Shown here one piece after another: positions 41,095 to 51,313 of a stretch of DNA of 64,000 nucleotides. The notes beneath the pieces were generated by a model. It saw only the letters and a list, made by a program, of their open reading frames with translations, searched no databases and was not told the DNA's origin. The translations under genes and the position numbers were made by a program. Position 1 is the stretch's first letter. Each line of letters begins with the position of its first letter. This DNA is from Candidatus Bathyarchaeota archaeon. GTDB lineage: Archaea; Thermoproteota; Bathyarchaeia; Bathyarchaeales; Bathycorpusculaceae. The stretch covers positions 128,001-192,000 of the forward strand of contig CAVZIW010000006.1 of NCBI GenBank assembly GCA_963775465.1, written 5' to 3'.

Positions 41095-42090
41095 TTATGT
41101 TATCCCGAGAGAGATTTTTAAAACATCCACTTCTAGATTTCCAGCTCGGAATGTTTTGCCTGTTTTTGCGTTAGTTATTGCGACTACTGCTGGAGCAAAT
41201 ATATTTGTGTCGATTTTGTAGAAGTCAAAACCTGCTTCTTTGAAGATATCCATAAAACGTGGACTCTTTTGCGACAAGCGTTTTGCTTCTTTTAGAAACT
41301 CTGAAGCAGACGATGGAGCTTGCCTAACTATATTCTCAAGGGTTGCTTCATCATCGTAATTGCCTGTATAATTAGTTACGCCGCCATACAGGATTGCGTC
41401 ATTTGTCCTCCCCATAGCTTCACCTGCATTAGGATGGACGGGAACTATTGGAGCATATCCCCACGCATGTTTTACTGTTAGTAGGTCAAGTCCAAGTCTT
41501 TCCAACTTATGCAAGCCTGTTTCCACGATTCGACCAGAAACCTGTGTAGCGCCTGAGAGACTAGTTGTAGAAAACATGACCACAAACAAGTTTTTTGTTG
41601 AGACATTACATTTTAAGGCTATTTGTTCAAGAACTGCTTCGGGTGGAGTTGCTTCGGTCTCCAAAACGATTACTGCAATATCTGATTGTTCTTGATGATT
41701 GAGTTTCGTGTAAAGGCCTTTTGGTTTAAGGGCAAGTGCTCTTGCTGGTCCAGAAGCAATTGCCGAATAATTCTCACCTTTTATTTGCCAACCCGCGAAC
41801 TGTGACCCTAATAGCGACAGCGCAGGATGGTCTGTCTGGATAAATACTGAGGGCAAAACAATGTCTTCATATTGTACTGGCATTATAGTGGCTCTTCCAT
41901 ATCCTGCTAGACATATTTCTGTTATAACTTCGCCAGCTAGATATCCTCCTTGAGCATTTATGCCTGCGTCAATTATGGTAGCGCCTACAGAGCTTTTTTC
42001 CACCAAAACTCCATATCTATCAGCATCATCGACTAACTTGTTAAATAAACGCATAGCCGACTTATTTAGGTTGATTTTTGGTGAGGACAT
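41095..42090 (-). CDS. mch: Methenyl-H4MPT cyclohydrolase
   Basis: SQFAGW, SGPARAL, QVSGRIVETG, AMGRTNDAILYGG, DFYKID...FAPA. Confidence 0.95.
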   Translation of the reverse strand: MSSPKINLNKSAMRLFNKLVDDADRYGVLVEKSSVGATIIDAGINAQGGYLAGEVITEICLAGYGRATIMPVQYEDIVLPSVFIQTDHPALSLLGSQFAGWQIKGENYSAIASGPARALALKPKGLYTKLNHQEQSDIAVIVLETEATPPEAVLEQIALKCNVSTKNLFVVMFSTTSLSGATQVSGRIVETGLHKLERLGLDLLTVKHAWGYAPIVPVHPNAGEAMGRTNDAILYGGVTNYTGNYDDEATLENIVRQAPSSASEFLKEAKRLSQKSPRFMDIFKEAGFDFYKIDTNIFAPAVVAITNAKTGKTFRAGNLEVDVLKISLGIT

Positions 42091-42285
42091 GCTGTTTATC
42101 GCTCTTTAAACTTAGGAACAATTAAAATTTGCTAAAATAGATTAAGGTTTTCCTTTCGATGCTGAGAAAGTCGATGTTTTTGTTTATAATATCACGTTTT
42201 GGAGAAAAGGAATTCTAGCCTTTTTGTCTTCAGTTGAACAAAAAATCCGAGGAGATGAGTTTCTTTGAAAGTTCTGGGTTCTTTT

Positions 42286-42921
42286 TTATTTTTTGATTTC
42301 TACGTTGCATTTTGCGTTCTGCGGCATCGTCAAATGTAGCACCTTTTGGACTCTTTGTGCAATCAACCATGCTATAGGAATGGTATACAAGGCTAAGGTC
42401 GCGTTGAAGAATGCTGCAAACGGTAAGTAAGCATTTGTTACTGCCTGGTCGAATCCAAAGCTTGCAAAGCCGATTGGTGCGGGTTGTGGAAGAGCAAAAT
42501 AGAGCAAAACTGACATTAAAACTACGCGAGTTAAGATTCCTGTAGCGGTTGCGATTGTTGCCCATTTGATGCTGAAGAGAATGTTTGCATCCGGATTATT
42601 TTTGCAGGCGATTCTTTTGCCTATTGCTACGATTGCGTAAATACCAATTTGCATAGATAGAGTGGCTGCGAGGTTGTATGCTGGTCCGGTTGGAAGTATG
42701 CCTGGGAAGATCGCGAATAGAACGGCAGTGTTTACTAGTGAAACAGCTATTCCTGTTATTGGACTGATTATTAGGAACGCGATTACGATTGGGATTTCCC
42801 ATACTTGATAAATAAGTCCGTTAGCGAGTGGAAAGTTGAGGGATATGTGTGTGAAGGTTGGGTTTAATGCGATTGCTATGGCTGCGAAGACTATTGTCAA
42901 GGTGAGTTTTTTGGTATTCAT
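42286..42921 (-). CDS. ECF S-component-like membrane protein
   Basis: About six TM helices; FAAIAIALN, YQVWEIP, FN motif. Confidence 0.7.
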   Translation of the reverse strand: MNTKKLTLTIVFAAIAIALNPTFTHISLNFPLANGLIYQVWEIPIVIAFLIISPITGIAVSLVNTAVLFAIFPGILPTGPAYNLAATLSMQIGIYAIVAIGKRIACKNNPDANILFSIKWATIATATGILTRVVLMSVLLYFALPQPAPIGFASFGFDQAVTNAYLPFAAFFNATLALYTIPIAWLIAQRVQKVLHLTMPQNAKCNVEIKK

Positions 42922-43098
42922 AATTGTCTATTCCTGTTTTGGTTACTGATGCAGTCGTTAGCTATTTAAGAGTAACTACCCAAAAATGGGTTGCTCACAG
43001 TGCTATATTCTGTGTAATTAACGACGTAGATTTAACAGAATTCAGTGCTAAAATTGATAAACAAGCCTGCCAATAAATAACCTAAGCGTGAAGCATAT

Positions 43099-44352
43099 TT
43101 GACGGAACAAACCATTCAATTCTCTTCCTCAACTGAAACAAAACGATGGCTTGAAAACCAAACGGTCAGCACCCTCAAACCCGTGCATACTCAAGCCAAA
43201 AAACTCAGTGACGATACCAATCTTGCAATTCACAGCGTTGAGGAAGTCAGCAAACTCCTCTTCGACACTAGCTCCAAAGAAATAGAAAAAAGAAATATGA
43301 AACTCTATAACCGTGCAAGAGCTCTAAACAAACTCTCTCGCCTATTCCTCGACCGCCTCAAAAAACTTACCCCCCCAGAACAAATCTCATACGACTCGAT
43401 GAGTCGGTATTCACAAGAAACCCAAAAAGTCTTCATCGTAACGGATATAGATCTTAAGAATTGGTTTCCGCGGATTTCTCCGTACTTCATTATGGACCGC
43501 CGAAAGTTTTTAGCAGTCTATGAACGCGCCAGACAAGCATACAATACCATGAACGATTATGTCAACAAAGAGTATGTCAAAACTAAAACACTTGAGGAAG
43601 CACTCCAACAATTAAACGAGCTACAAAATGTCGAAAAACAGTTAATTACACTTAAACGAGAAAAAGACTCCATAACAAATGAGTGTAAATCTCTACAACA
43701 AGAAATCGAGGCTTTGGAACAAAAAATCTTTGAGTTAAACAGCAAAGGTCCTATAGACAAATTAAACTTGGTTAACTCGGAAATCGACTCTTTAAGCAAC
43801 GAGCTAAAACACACATTACGTTACCTGCAAAAACCCTTCATTAAAATGCAAGCATTAGCGACTCAGGGCGGCGGAGGTGGAATAACTCCGGATGAATTGA
43901 CCCAGATTAGCAAATATTTGGAGTCGCCTTTTGATGCATTGGTTTCAGAGCAACAAGGGTATCCCTTGTTTAAGGAGATTTTGCAGAAATTAGAAGCAAT
44001 GTTAGCTGAAGATAAGCTTAAGCTAAAATCAGATAAAGCAAGAAAAGCCGAACAGACGGTCAACGAAATATTGTATAAAAATGGTTTAGACAGTCTACAA
44101 ATCAGATGCACTGAAATGGCAAACAACAAAAAGCATCTTTTGGCTTCATCAAAACTGGATGAGATAAAACAAAGCATAAGCCAACTTCAAGAACAAGTCG
44201 ATCAACTCAAAACCAGAAAGGCAAGTGTCGAAACCCACGAAGCTGTAAAAGAAAACTCGTTCAAGGAAGCAGTGGATAAAATAAGTGGTCTGAAGCGGAC
44301 AATTGAGCGCAACGTTTACTCGTCATTAGAGATAAAGATTCAAATCGCTTAG
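43099..44352 (+). CDS. Coiled-coil hypothetical protein
   Basis: 417-aa helical, K/E/Q-rich ORF. Confidence 0.75.
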   Translation: MTEQTIQFSSSTETKRWLENQTVSTLKPVHTQAKKLSDDTNLAIHSVEEVSKLLFDTSSKEIEKRNMKLYNRARALNKLSRLFLDRLKKLTPPEQISYDSMSRYSQETQKVFIVTDIDLKNWFPRISPYFIMDRRKFLAVYERARQAYNTMNDYVNKEYVKTKTLEEALQQLNELQNVEKQLITLKREKDSITNECKSLQQEIEALEQKIFELNSKGPIDKLNLVNSEIDSLSNELKHTLRYLQKPFIKMQALATQGGGGGITPDELTQISKYLESPFDALVSEQQGYPLFKEILQKLEAMLAEDKLKLKSDKARKAEQTVNEILYKNGLDSLQIRCTEMANNKKHLLASSKLDEIKQSISQLQEQVDQLKTRKASVETHEAVKENSFKEAVDKISGLKRTIERNVYSSLEIKIQIA

Positions 44353-44512
44353 TTTTATGAACCTTCTTTTTTCTCAAATAAAATATTTCATATCTGAACG
44401 CGATAAATGTATTCAAATGATGTGACGCAGACTTTTAACCTCAGTTCAATCAGCATGCTTTTTATTTGCGTTGCATCTATCCACTAAACGAACTCGTACA
44501 GGAGGCACTTTG

Positions 44513-46042
44513 ATGGCTGAACTTAGAATACAGGAACAACAACTACTAAACGCTCTAGAACAGGTTGGGGGGAGGGCAACTGTAGAAGAACTCATGGAAA
44601 AATGCGAGTTGCCGGACGCAGCTATCATGCGTAATGCCCTCACATTACAGGAAAAAGATTTCATAACCATTCGTGCGAATGTGCAGAACGTAATTAAACT
44701 AACTTCCGAAGGCGAAAAATATGCCCAAGAAGGTTTGCCTGAGCGCAATCTCGTTCTTGCTGCAGCTCAACTCGGTGGTACTGCAGACTTGCAGACTGCA
44801 GCGAAACAAGCTAACTTGTCTAATGCGTTTGTCCAAATCGCCCTTGGTTGGGCAATCCGAAAAAAATGGGTAATCTTTGCGTCAAAAGAAAATAAACTAA
44901 TCATATCAGAAACGCTTCTTCATGAAACAATCATCCCAGAAGGTTGTGATGAGTCGCTTCTAAAACACCTAAATACAAGCCATCAAGAAACAATGGAAAC
45001 CCTGAGTCCTGAACTTCAACAAGCAACTCAACAACTGAAAAAACGTAAACTCCTGACAGTTGAAGCCAAAACCACTCGAACCATCCAAATTACTCCTGAA
45101 GGCAAAAAAGCCCAAAAAGAATTGAAAACAACACCCCCTGAAGTCACCCAACTTACGCCTGAACATATTATTACGGGCAAATGGAAAGAAATCCAACTTC
45201 AAAAATACAACATTCAAGCGCCTGTTGCTAAAACATACGGGGGCAAGAAACACCCCTACCTGCAATTTCTCGATGAAGTTCGCGCTAAACTGGTTCAATT
45301 GGGATTTCAAGAAATGATCGGCACAGCAGTTGAAACTTGTTTTTTCAATTTCGATGCCCTTTATGTGCCGCAGGATCATCCAGCCCGTGAGTCCTCAGAC
45401 ATCTATTACATTAAGAACCCCAAAAATGGTGACTTAGATCAACATACTGTTGCTCTTAATCTTGTGAAGCAAACGCATGAGAATGGTGATAGTACTGGTT
45501 CAACAGGTTGGGGATATAAATATTCGCTGCAAGCTGCTCAGCGTTTAATTCTTAGAGGACATGGGACCTGTCTTTCTGCTAGAACGCTGGAAAGCGGGAA
45601 TTTTGAAGTTCCGAGCAAGCACTTTAGCATAGCAAGAGTCTACCGTCCTGAAATCACTGATAAAACGCACTTGTCTGAATTCAACCAGGTTGAAGGCATA
45701 ATTGTCGATGAGAAACTGACTTTGAAGGATCTTCTTGGTGTTTTGGGAAAGTTTGCTAAAGAAATCGCCGGAGCCGACAAAGTTCGATTTAAACCCGACT
45801 ATTTTCCCTTTACCGAACCTAGTGTAGAGCTCTCCGCTTACAAAGAGGGTTACGGTTGGGTGGAATTTGGAGGTTCAGGCATTTTCCGTCCTGAAGTCAC
45901 TCTGCCACTTGGTGTTAAGGTGCCTGTGATTGCCTGGGGTCTTGGTGTGGATCGACTTTTCATGATGCGTAATAGAATAGATGATATTCGAGAGATTTTT
46001 AGTCAGAATTTGCAGTGGCTTAGAAACAAGCAGGTGACTTAA
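44513..46042 (+). CDS. pheS: Phenylalanyl-tRNA synthetase alpha subunit
   Basis: NFDALYVPQDHPAR, THLSEFNQVEG, YFPFTEPS, GIFRPE; GGAGG SD. Confidence 0.97.
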   Translation: MAELRIQEQQLLNALEQVGGRATVEELMEKCELPDAAIMRNALTLQEKDFITIRANVQNVIKLTSEGEKYAQEGLPERNLVLAAAQLGGTADLQTAAKQANLSNAFVQIALGWAIRKKWVIFASKENKLIISETLLHETIIPEGCDESLLKHLNTSHQETMETLSPELQQATQQLKKRKLLTVEAKTTRTIQITPEGKKAQKELKTTPPEVTQLTPEHIITGKWKEIQLQKYNIQAPVAKTYGGKKHPYLQFLDEVRAKLVQLGFQEMIGTAVETCFFNFDALYVPQDHPARESSDIYYIKNPKNGDLDQHTVALNLVKQTHENGDSTGSTGWGYKYSLQAAQRLILRGHGTCLSARTLESGNFEVPSKHFSIARVYRPEITDKTHLSEFNQVEGIIVDEKLTLKDLLGVLGKFAKEIAGADKVRFKPDYFPFTEPSVELSAYKEGYGWVEFGGSGIFRPEVTLPLGVKVPVIAWGLGVDRLFMMRNRIDDIREIFSQNLQWLRNKQVT

Positions 46043-46043
46043 C

Positions 46044-47765
46044 ATGCCCACGATAGATGTAAACTATTCCGAACTTGAACGCCAACTCGGCATCACACTT
46101 AACGATGATATTGATAGACTCGACGAGATTTTGGCTAACGTTAAAGCTGAAGTTAAAAGTTACAGCCAAAAAGATGATTCTGTTAGCGTGGAAATGAAAG
46201 ATACTGCGCGTGCTGACCTCTGGAGCGTTGAAGGTCTAAGTCGAGCACTGCAAGGTTATCTAAACCGTAGCAGGGGCATAAAACCTTACTCGGTGGGTAA
46301 ATCCGTTATTGAAGTTAAAGTGAGTGCTCAACTTTTTGGGATTCGCCCCTACATTTGTTGTTCAGCTGTTAAAGATATTCATCTCTCAGATTCAATCATT
46401 AAAGGAATTATGCATCTGCAAGATAAACTTGATCAAACCCATGGTCGAAGCCGACAGAAGACTTCTATCGGTATCTACAACTTGGATTTAATTAAGCCTC
46501 CAATCCTTTATTCGGCTGTGAAGCCCTCGGATGTAAAGTTTGTGCCATTGGGTTTTTCAGAGAAAATGTCTTTGGATGAGGTTTTGGAACGCCATCCTAA
46601 AGGCATCGAATATGGTCACATCGTCAAGAAAAACTCGCTCTACCCAATGCTGTTCGATAGCGAAAACAAAGTTCTCTCGTTTCCACCCATAATTAACTCC
46701 AACGATTTGGGCAAGATCACTGAGGAGTCAAGGAATTTACTGGTGGAAGTCACAGGAACCCAACATAAAACCGTTCTTGACACCCTTAACTTGGTGACTT
46801 TAGCTTTAATTGACCGAGGAGGCAAAGCATACAGTGCAACAATTCATTACCCCCAAAATTCGGAATACACGGAAAGAACAGTTGCAACCCCAAACTTTGA
46901 CAACCGACACTTCCAGCTAAGCGTAGAAGAAACCAATCGCTTATTGGGTTTGCAGTTGTCTGCCCAAAAAATCGGTGCCCTTCTTGAAGTTGCAGGTTTA
47001 GGCGTGGAGCAGGCAGATGCTGAATCTGTATCGGTTTTGGTCCCCTGTTATCGCGTTGATGTTATGCATCAAGTTGACCTAATAGAAGATGTCGCCATCG
47101 CTTATGGCTACAATAACATAGAGCCGCTTTGGCGCGAACTTGCAACGATAGGCGCTGCAAACCCTCAGCAACATTACGTTGACAACGCGCGGGAATTAAT
47201 GATTGGATTGGGCTTTCAAGAAGTCCTCAACACCACTCTGACGAACCAGGAAACCTTGTTTTCGAAAATGAATGTGTCCCCAAGCAACATAATTGAGGTT
47301 TCTGATCCCAAGGTTCTAACAATGGCTTGCGTTCGAAATTGGCTATTACCTAGTCTATTGGATTTTTTGAGTGTTAACGCATCCGTTGAGTTTCCGCAAA
47401 AAATCTTTGAACTCGGAAAAGTCACCTTACTTGACGAAACAAAGGAAACCAAAACTAGAGATGAAGATTATCTTGCCGCTGCAGTATCTCATCCAAATGC
47501 AAACTTTACCGAAATTAAATCTATTGTGGATTCATTTATGACCAATTTTGGCTTGAACTGGCAAATAGAAGAGACTGCGCATTCTTCGTTTATTGAAGGA
47601 AGGGTTGGCAAACTATTTGTGAGTGGGGTTGATGTTGGAGTTCTCGGCGAAATTCATCCAGCAGTGCTTGGAAATTGGAAGCTGGAAAACCCCGTGGTCG
47701 CTTTCGAAGTAAACTTTCAAAGCGTTCTCGATTGCAAGCTAAAGAAAATGCCTTTAGAACCATGA
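46044..47765 (+). CDS. pheT: Phenylalanyl-tRNA synthetase beta subunit
   Basis: RADLWSVEG, LSFPPIINS, DLIEDVAIAYGY, GEIHP. Confidence 0.97.
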   Translation: MPTIDVNYSELERQLGITLNDDIDRLDEILANVKAEVKSYSQKDDSVSVEMKDTARADLWSVEGLSRALQGYLNRSRGIKPYSVGKSVIEVKVSAQLFGIRPYICCSAVKDIHLSDSIIKGIMHLQDKLDQTHGRSRQKTSIGIYNLDLIKPPILYSAVKPSDVKFVPLGFSEKMSLDEVLERHPKGIEYGHIVKKNSLYPMLFDSENKVLSFPPIINSNDLGKITEESRNLLVEVTGTQHKTVLDTLNLVTLALIDRGGKAYSATIHYPQNSEYTERTVATPNFDNRHFQLSVEETNRLLGLQLSAQKIGALLEVAGLGVEQADAESVSVLVPCYRVDVMHQVDLIEDVAIAYGYNNIEPLWRELATIGAANPQQHYVDNARELMIGLGFQEVLNTTLTNQETLFSKMNVSPSNIIEVSDPKVLTMACVRNWLLPSLLDFLSVNASVEFPQKIFELGKVTLLDETKETKTRDEDYLAAAVSHPNANFTEIKSIVDSFMTNFGLNWQIEETAHSSFIEGRVGKLFVSGVDVGVLGEIHPAVLGNWKLENPVVAFEVNFQSVLDCKLKKMPLEP

Positions 47766-48548
47766 AAGGGTTCCGTTTTTTCTGGCGGTTTTTAGGCACC
47801 AAGAGTAAGCTATGTAGCCAGCGGGGAGAATTATAGCGCACATTAAACCCAGGATGGCTAAGTCGGGTAAAATTGCTTCTATTCCTTGTCCAATAAGCAT
47901 GGGTCGAATGCATGTGAAGAAGTAGTATTGGGGCACAAAGAAACTGATTATTTGTAGGGGAAGTGGCATGACCGTGATTGGGAAGAGCACGTTTCCAAAA
48001 AGGTTGGTGGCTAATGTTATGATGGTTGTGATGGGATCGCCTTGTTTTGTTAAAATCAGGACCCCTGCACCTAGCATGCTAAAGCCGATAAATGTTCCAA
48101 TGCCAAGACCTACAACTATTATGGTTCCGATGATGTTGACGCTGAGTATGACGCCGAAAGCGAAGACGCCAACTGATAAATAAATGACGATGACAAGGGT
48201 GCTCCAGATAAAACCCCAAAGTGAGCTGCCTATTATGAATGTTACCAACCCGGTGGGGGAAACCAGCACTTCTTCTAGGCTCCATGGGTTAATTGTTCGT
48301 TGAACTAAAGTTAGGCTTTGCGACAAGTATGTGTTAAAGGCCAGTCCAATTAGCAAGTAAGTGACAACAGGCATGCCCAGGTTTTGCACGCTTGGCATTG
48401 AAGCATTTGAACCCCAAAATGCATATGATAACGCTCCAAAGAGAGCGCTAATCACGCTGAGTAAAATGTTTGTTTTGTAGGTTGAGAAGGAAATGATGTC
48501 TCGTTTCATGAAGTAATAGATTTTGTCGAGTTCCTGCGTTAACTTCAC
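47754..48548 (-). CDS. ABC-2 type permease
   Basis: LEEVLVSP, LFPITVMP; about six TM helices. Confidence 0.85.
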   Translation of the reverse strand: MKLTQELDKIYYFMKRDIISFSTYKTNILLSVISALFGALSYAFWGSNASMPSVQNLGMPVVTYLLIGLAFNTYLSQSLTLVQRTINPWSLEEVLVSPTGLVTFIIGSSLWGFIWSTLVIVIYLSVGVFAFGVILSVNIIGTIIVVGLGIGTFIGFSMLGAGVLILTKQGDPITTIITLATNLFGNVLFPITVMPLPLQIISFFVPQYYFFTCIRPMLIGQGIEAILPDLAILGLMCAIILPAGYIAYSWCLKTARKNGTLSWF

Positions 48549-49561
48549 GTGCCTGCACCAGTTCCAGTTAACTCGATAAATGCGTCTTCTAGTGCGGGTT
48601 CTTCCTGTTGGAAGTTTACAAGTTTGATTTTTTCTCTGAAGAAGAAATCCAACACATTTGATAAGGTATCCGTGTTTTCCAAGCGTACTCTTAGGTGAAT
48701 CTGACCAAGAACTGAATCTTGTATTTCTGAGGCTAAACTAGACACGCCGTCTAAACTTTGCAGATTATTCACTTGGGTTGTGGACATATTTTTAACGACA
48801 AAGTTGGCGACTTCGCCTTTCTTTGCCATGCCTTTTAATGCATCAGGAGTGTCTAAAGCAACGATTTTGCCTCTATTCATGATTCCTACACGGTCACACA
48901 TCTGAGATACTTCTTCAATGTAATGCGTTGTGTAAAGAACGGTTTTGCCGTGCTTCTTACCCAGGTCGTTTTTTATGAAATTTCTAATGGTGTGTGATGA
49001 AGTAACGTCTAAACCAGTTGTTGGTTCATCGAGAAGTAGAATAGGTGGGTCAGGTAGCAATGCTCTGGCTAAGGCAAGTTTTCTTTTCATCCCCCCCGAA
49101 TATTTCTGGAAGACCACAAAAGCTTTCTCTTCCATTCCAACCAGCTGTAGAACTTCCATTATTCTTTCATGTCTTCCTTTTCTGGGGACATTATTTATGG
49201 CGGCGAAAAACTCTAGGTTGCTGTATCCGCTTAGTCTCCAGAAGAAGCCGCGTTCGCCTACGCTGAAAAGGGTACCGATTGACTCTTTCACGCGCATCTG
49301 TTGTTTTAAAACATCAAAACCATTTACTGTAGCTGTTCCTTGGTCAGGAGGTAGGAGTGTGCAGAGGACTTTGACAAGTGTTGTTTTTCCTGCGCCGTTG
49401 GGGCCAAGAAGCCCGAAGACCTCGCCTTTTTTTATTGTTAAGTTAAGGTTGTTGATGGCGTTCACTGATTGGGTTTTTCGATTAAATAGTTTGCCAGTTG
49501 CGGTTTTTGTCTTAAATTTTTTAATTAGATTGATTGTTTGAATAGCGGGTTCTTGTTGCAA
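48545..49561 (-). CDS. ABC exporter ATP-binding protein (DrrA-like)
   Basis: GPNGAGKTT, YSGGM, LLLDEPT, TTHY. Confidence 0.93.
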   Translation of the reverse strand: MQQEPAIQTINLIKKFKTKTATGKLFNRKTQSVNAINNLNLTIKKGEVFGLLGPNGAGKTTLVKVLCTLLPPDQGTATVNGFDVLKQQMRVKESIGTLFSVGERGFFWRLSGYSNLEFFAAINNVPRKGRHERIMEVLQLVGMEEKAFVVFQKYSGGMKRKLALARALLPDPPILLLDEPTTGLDVTSSHTIRNFIKNDLGKKHGKTVLYTTHYIEEVSQMCDRVGIMNRGKIVALDTPDALKGMAKKGEVANFVVKNMSTTQVNNLQSLDGVSSLASEIQDSVLGQIHLRVRLENTDTLSNVLDFFFREKIKLVNFQQEEPALEDAFIELTGTGAGT

Positions 49562-49766
49562 ACCTTAACCTCAACTGTTTTGGCTTTGTTAGAAGATATG
49601 TTTTGTTAAGTTTTAGACTTAGCGTGCAATTAAGTTTTTCTGCATATTATTTTGTTATGGGATAGCTCGATTTTTGATTTGTTAAGCAACAATAAGTTCT
49701 TTGTTGATCTGTTTTTTTATTATTTAATTCAAGATGAGAAAAAGGAAAAAGGTTGTGTAAAGGACT

Positions 49767-49868
49767 TTAGCGTCTGGAGGCTGTACGTGCGCAAGCGTCA
49801 CTGCAATATTTTGATTTAGCGCTAAAAGTGGTGTATTTTTTCTTGCAAACTGGGCATTTCTTTTCCAT
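49767..49868 (-). CDS. 33-aa zinc-finger micro-protein (CxxC...YCSxxC)
   Basis: MEKKCPVCKKKYTTFSAKSKYCSDACARTASRR; T-rich terminator-like tract downstream. Confidence 0.65.
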   Translation of the reverse strand: MEKKCPVCKKKYTTFSAKSKYCSDACARTASRR

Positions 49869-49989
49869 GAACAACCCTATTTAATAGATAATTAGCTCCG
49901 AGTAATAAATTTACAGTTTCTTCAAAGAAAATCCGGCTCTGCTTAATCTATGTCAAGACCAGACACTCAAAAAAAACTGTTTGTCTGCT

Positions 49990-50026
49990 AGAACAACAAC
50001 ACCTAAAAATTTCTTGTTGTTGTTCT
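49990..50026. repeat. Perfect 12-bp inverted repeat with 13-nt spacer
   Basis: AGAACAACAACA (49990-50001) / TGTTGTTGTTCT (50015-50026). Confidence 0.6.
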
Positions 50027-50220
50027 TCCATCCCTCTATGCGCAGAGAAAGTGTTTGAGCCTAAGATTGCAGTTTTTTTCTGGGAATAACATGGCCTCCC
50101 TTCTATTATGCAACCTCAATATAACTTGATCTGTCCAAACACTAAAACCCGTTTTTCTTCGTTTTGTTTAAATATTAGTGTTATGACTATGCATGTGCAA
50201 AAAGAAGGAATATCTTAGAT

Positions 50221-50661
50221 ATGGGTTCCAAGTCTCCAAGAGGCGAATTTGCCGCAAGGCAGTTAGCAAAGAAACGGAAAAACTTCCGTTGGCACGATAG
50301 GTACTTTAACCGACGCATGTTACGGCTCGACGAAAAAGTTGATCCAATGCAGGGCGCACCCCAAAGCCGAGGCATTGTTCTCGAGAAAGTAGGTGTTGAA
50401 TCTAAACAGCCCAACAGCGCCATTCGAAAATGTGTCCGCACACAACTTATCAAAAACGGCAGAACCATCACAGCGTTCTTGCCTGGTGACGGCGCCCTTA
50501 ACGTTATAGATGAACACGACGAGGTTGTAGTGGAGGGTATTGGCGGAACCAGAGGCGGCGCTATGGGAGACATTCCAGGAGTCCGCTGGAAGGTCGTTAA
50601 GGTAAACGGTACCTCTTTGAATGAACTAGTATATGGACGTAAACAAAAACCAGCAAGGTAA
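50221..50661 (+). CDS. rps12: 30S ribosomal protein uS12
   Basis: [16 protein letters not shown]; [10 protein letters not shown]. Confidence 0.97.
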   Translation: MGSKSPRGEFAARQLAKKRKNFRWHDRYFNRRMLRLDEKVDPMQGAPQSRGIVLEKVGVESKQPNSAIRKCVRTQLIKNGRTITAFLPGDGALNVIDEHDEVVVEGIGGTRGGAMGDIPGVRWKVVKVNGTSLNELVYGRKQKPAR

Positions 50662-50668
50662 GAATGTT

Positions 50669-51250
50669 ATGTCAGCTTCCCAACGTCAAGAAATCAAACT
50701 TTTCCAAAAATGGAGTTTTAACGATATTACAGTAAAAGACATCGGTCTGCAACGTTACTTAAATTTAACTCCGATGGTTGCCCCTCACAGCATGGGACGC
50801 CATGAGCACCAACGATTCCGCAAAGCTAAAGTTAACATTGTCGAACGATTAATTAACGGATTAATGCGAAGTGGACCAAACGCAGGCAAAAAAGCCAAAG
50901 CAACAAACTTTGTAAAAGAAACCTTTGAAATCATCAACATCAAAACAGGCAGAAACCCTATCGAAGTTCTTGTTCAAGCAGTTGAAAACGCATCACCCTG
51001 CGAAGACACAACACGAGTCAGCATGGGAGGAGTTGTCTATCACCTCTCAGTTGACGTTGCACCTCAACGCCGAATCGACCTTGCTTTACGTCACATTACT
51101 GACGGTGCACGAAATGCATCAAAAAATAATCCCCGCAGTATCCAAGAAACACTCGCAGATGAACTCATCCTTGCAGCCAACAAAGACATAAAGAGTGCAG
51201 GCGTCGCCAAACGCAACGAAATTGAACGGGTTGCCCAATCCAGCAGATAA
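50669..51250 (+). CDS. rps7: 30S ribosomal protein uS7
   Basis: IVERLINGLM, NPIEVLVQAVEN, VDVAPQRRID, ERVAQSSR. Confidence 0.97.
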   Translation: MSASQRQEIKLFQKWSFNDITVKDIGLQRYLNLTPMVAPHSMGRHEHQRFRKAKVNIVERLINGLMRSGPNAGKKAKATNFVKETFEIINIKTGRNPIEVLVQAVENASPCEDTTRVSMGGVVYHLSVDVAPQRRIDLALRHITDGARNASKNNPRSIQETLADELILAANKDIKSAGVAKRNEIERVAQSSR

Positions 51251-51313
51251 ACTGTTTATTTTTTTCTTTTAATTCTATTCTATAGCTATGAACTCGTTAG
51301 AGTATACTTCAGT

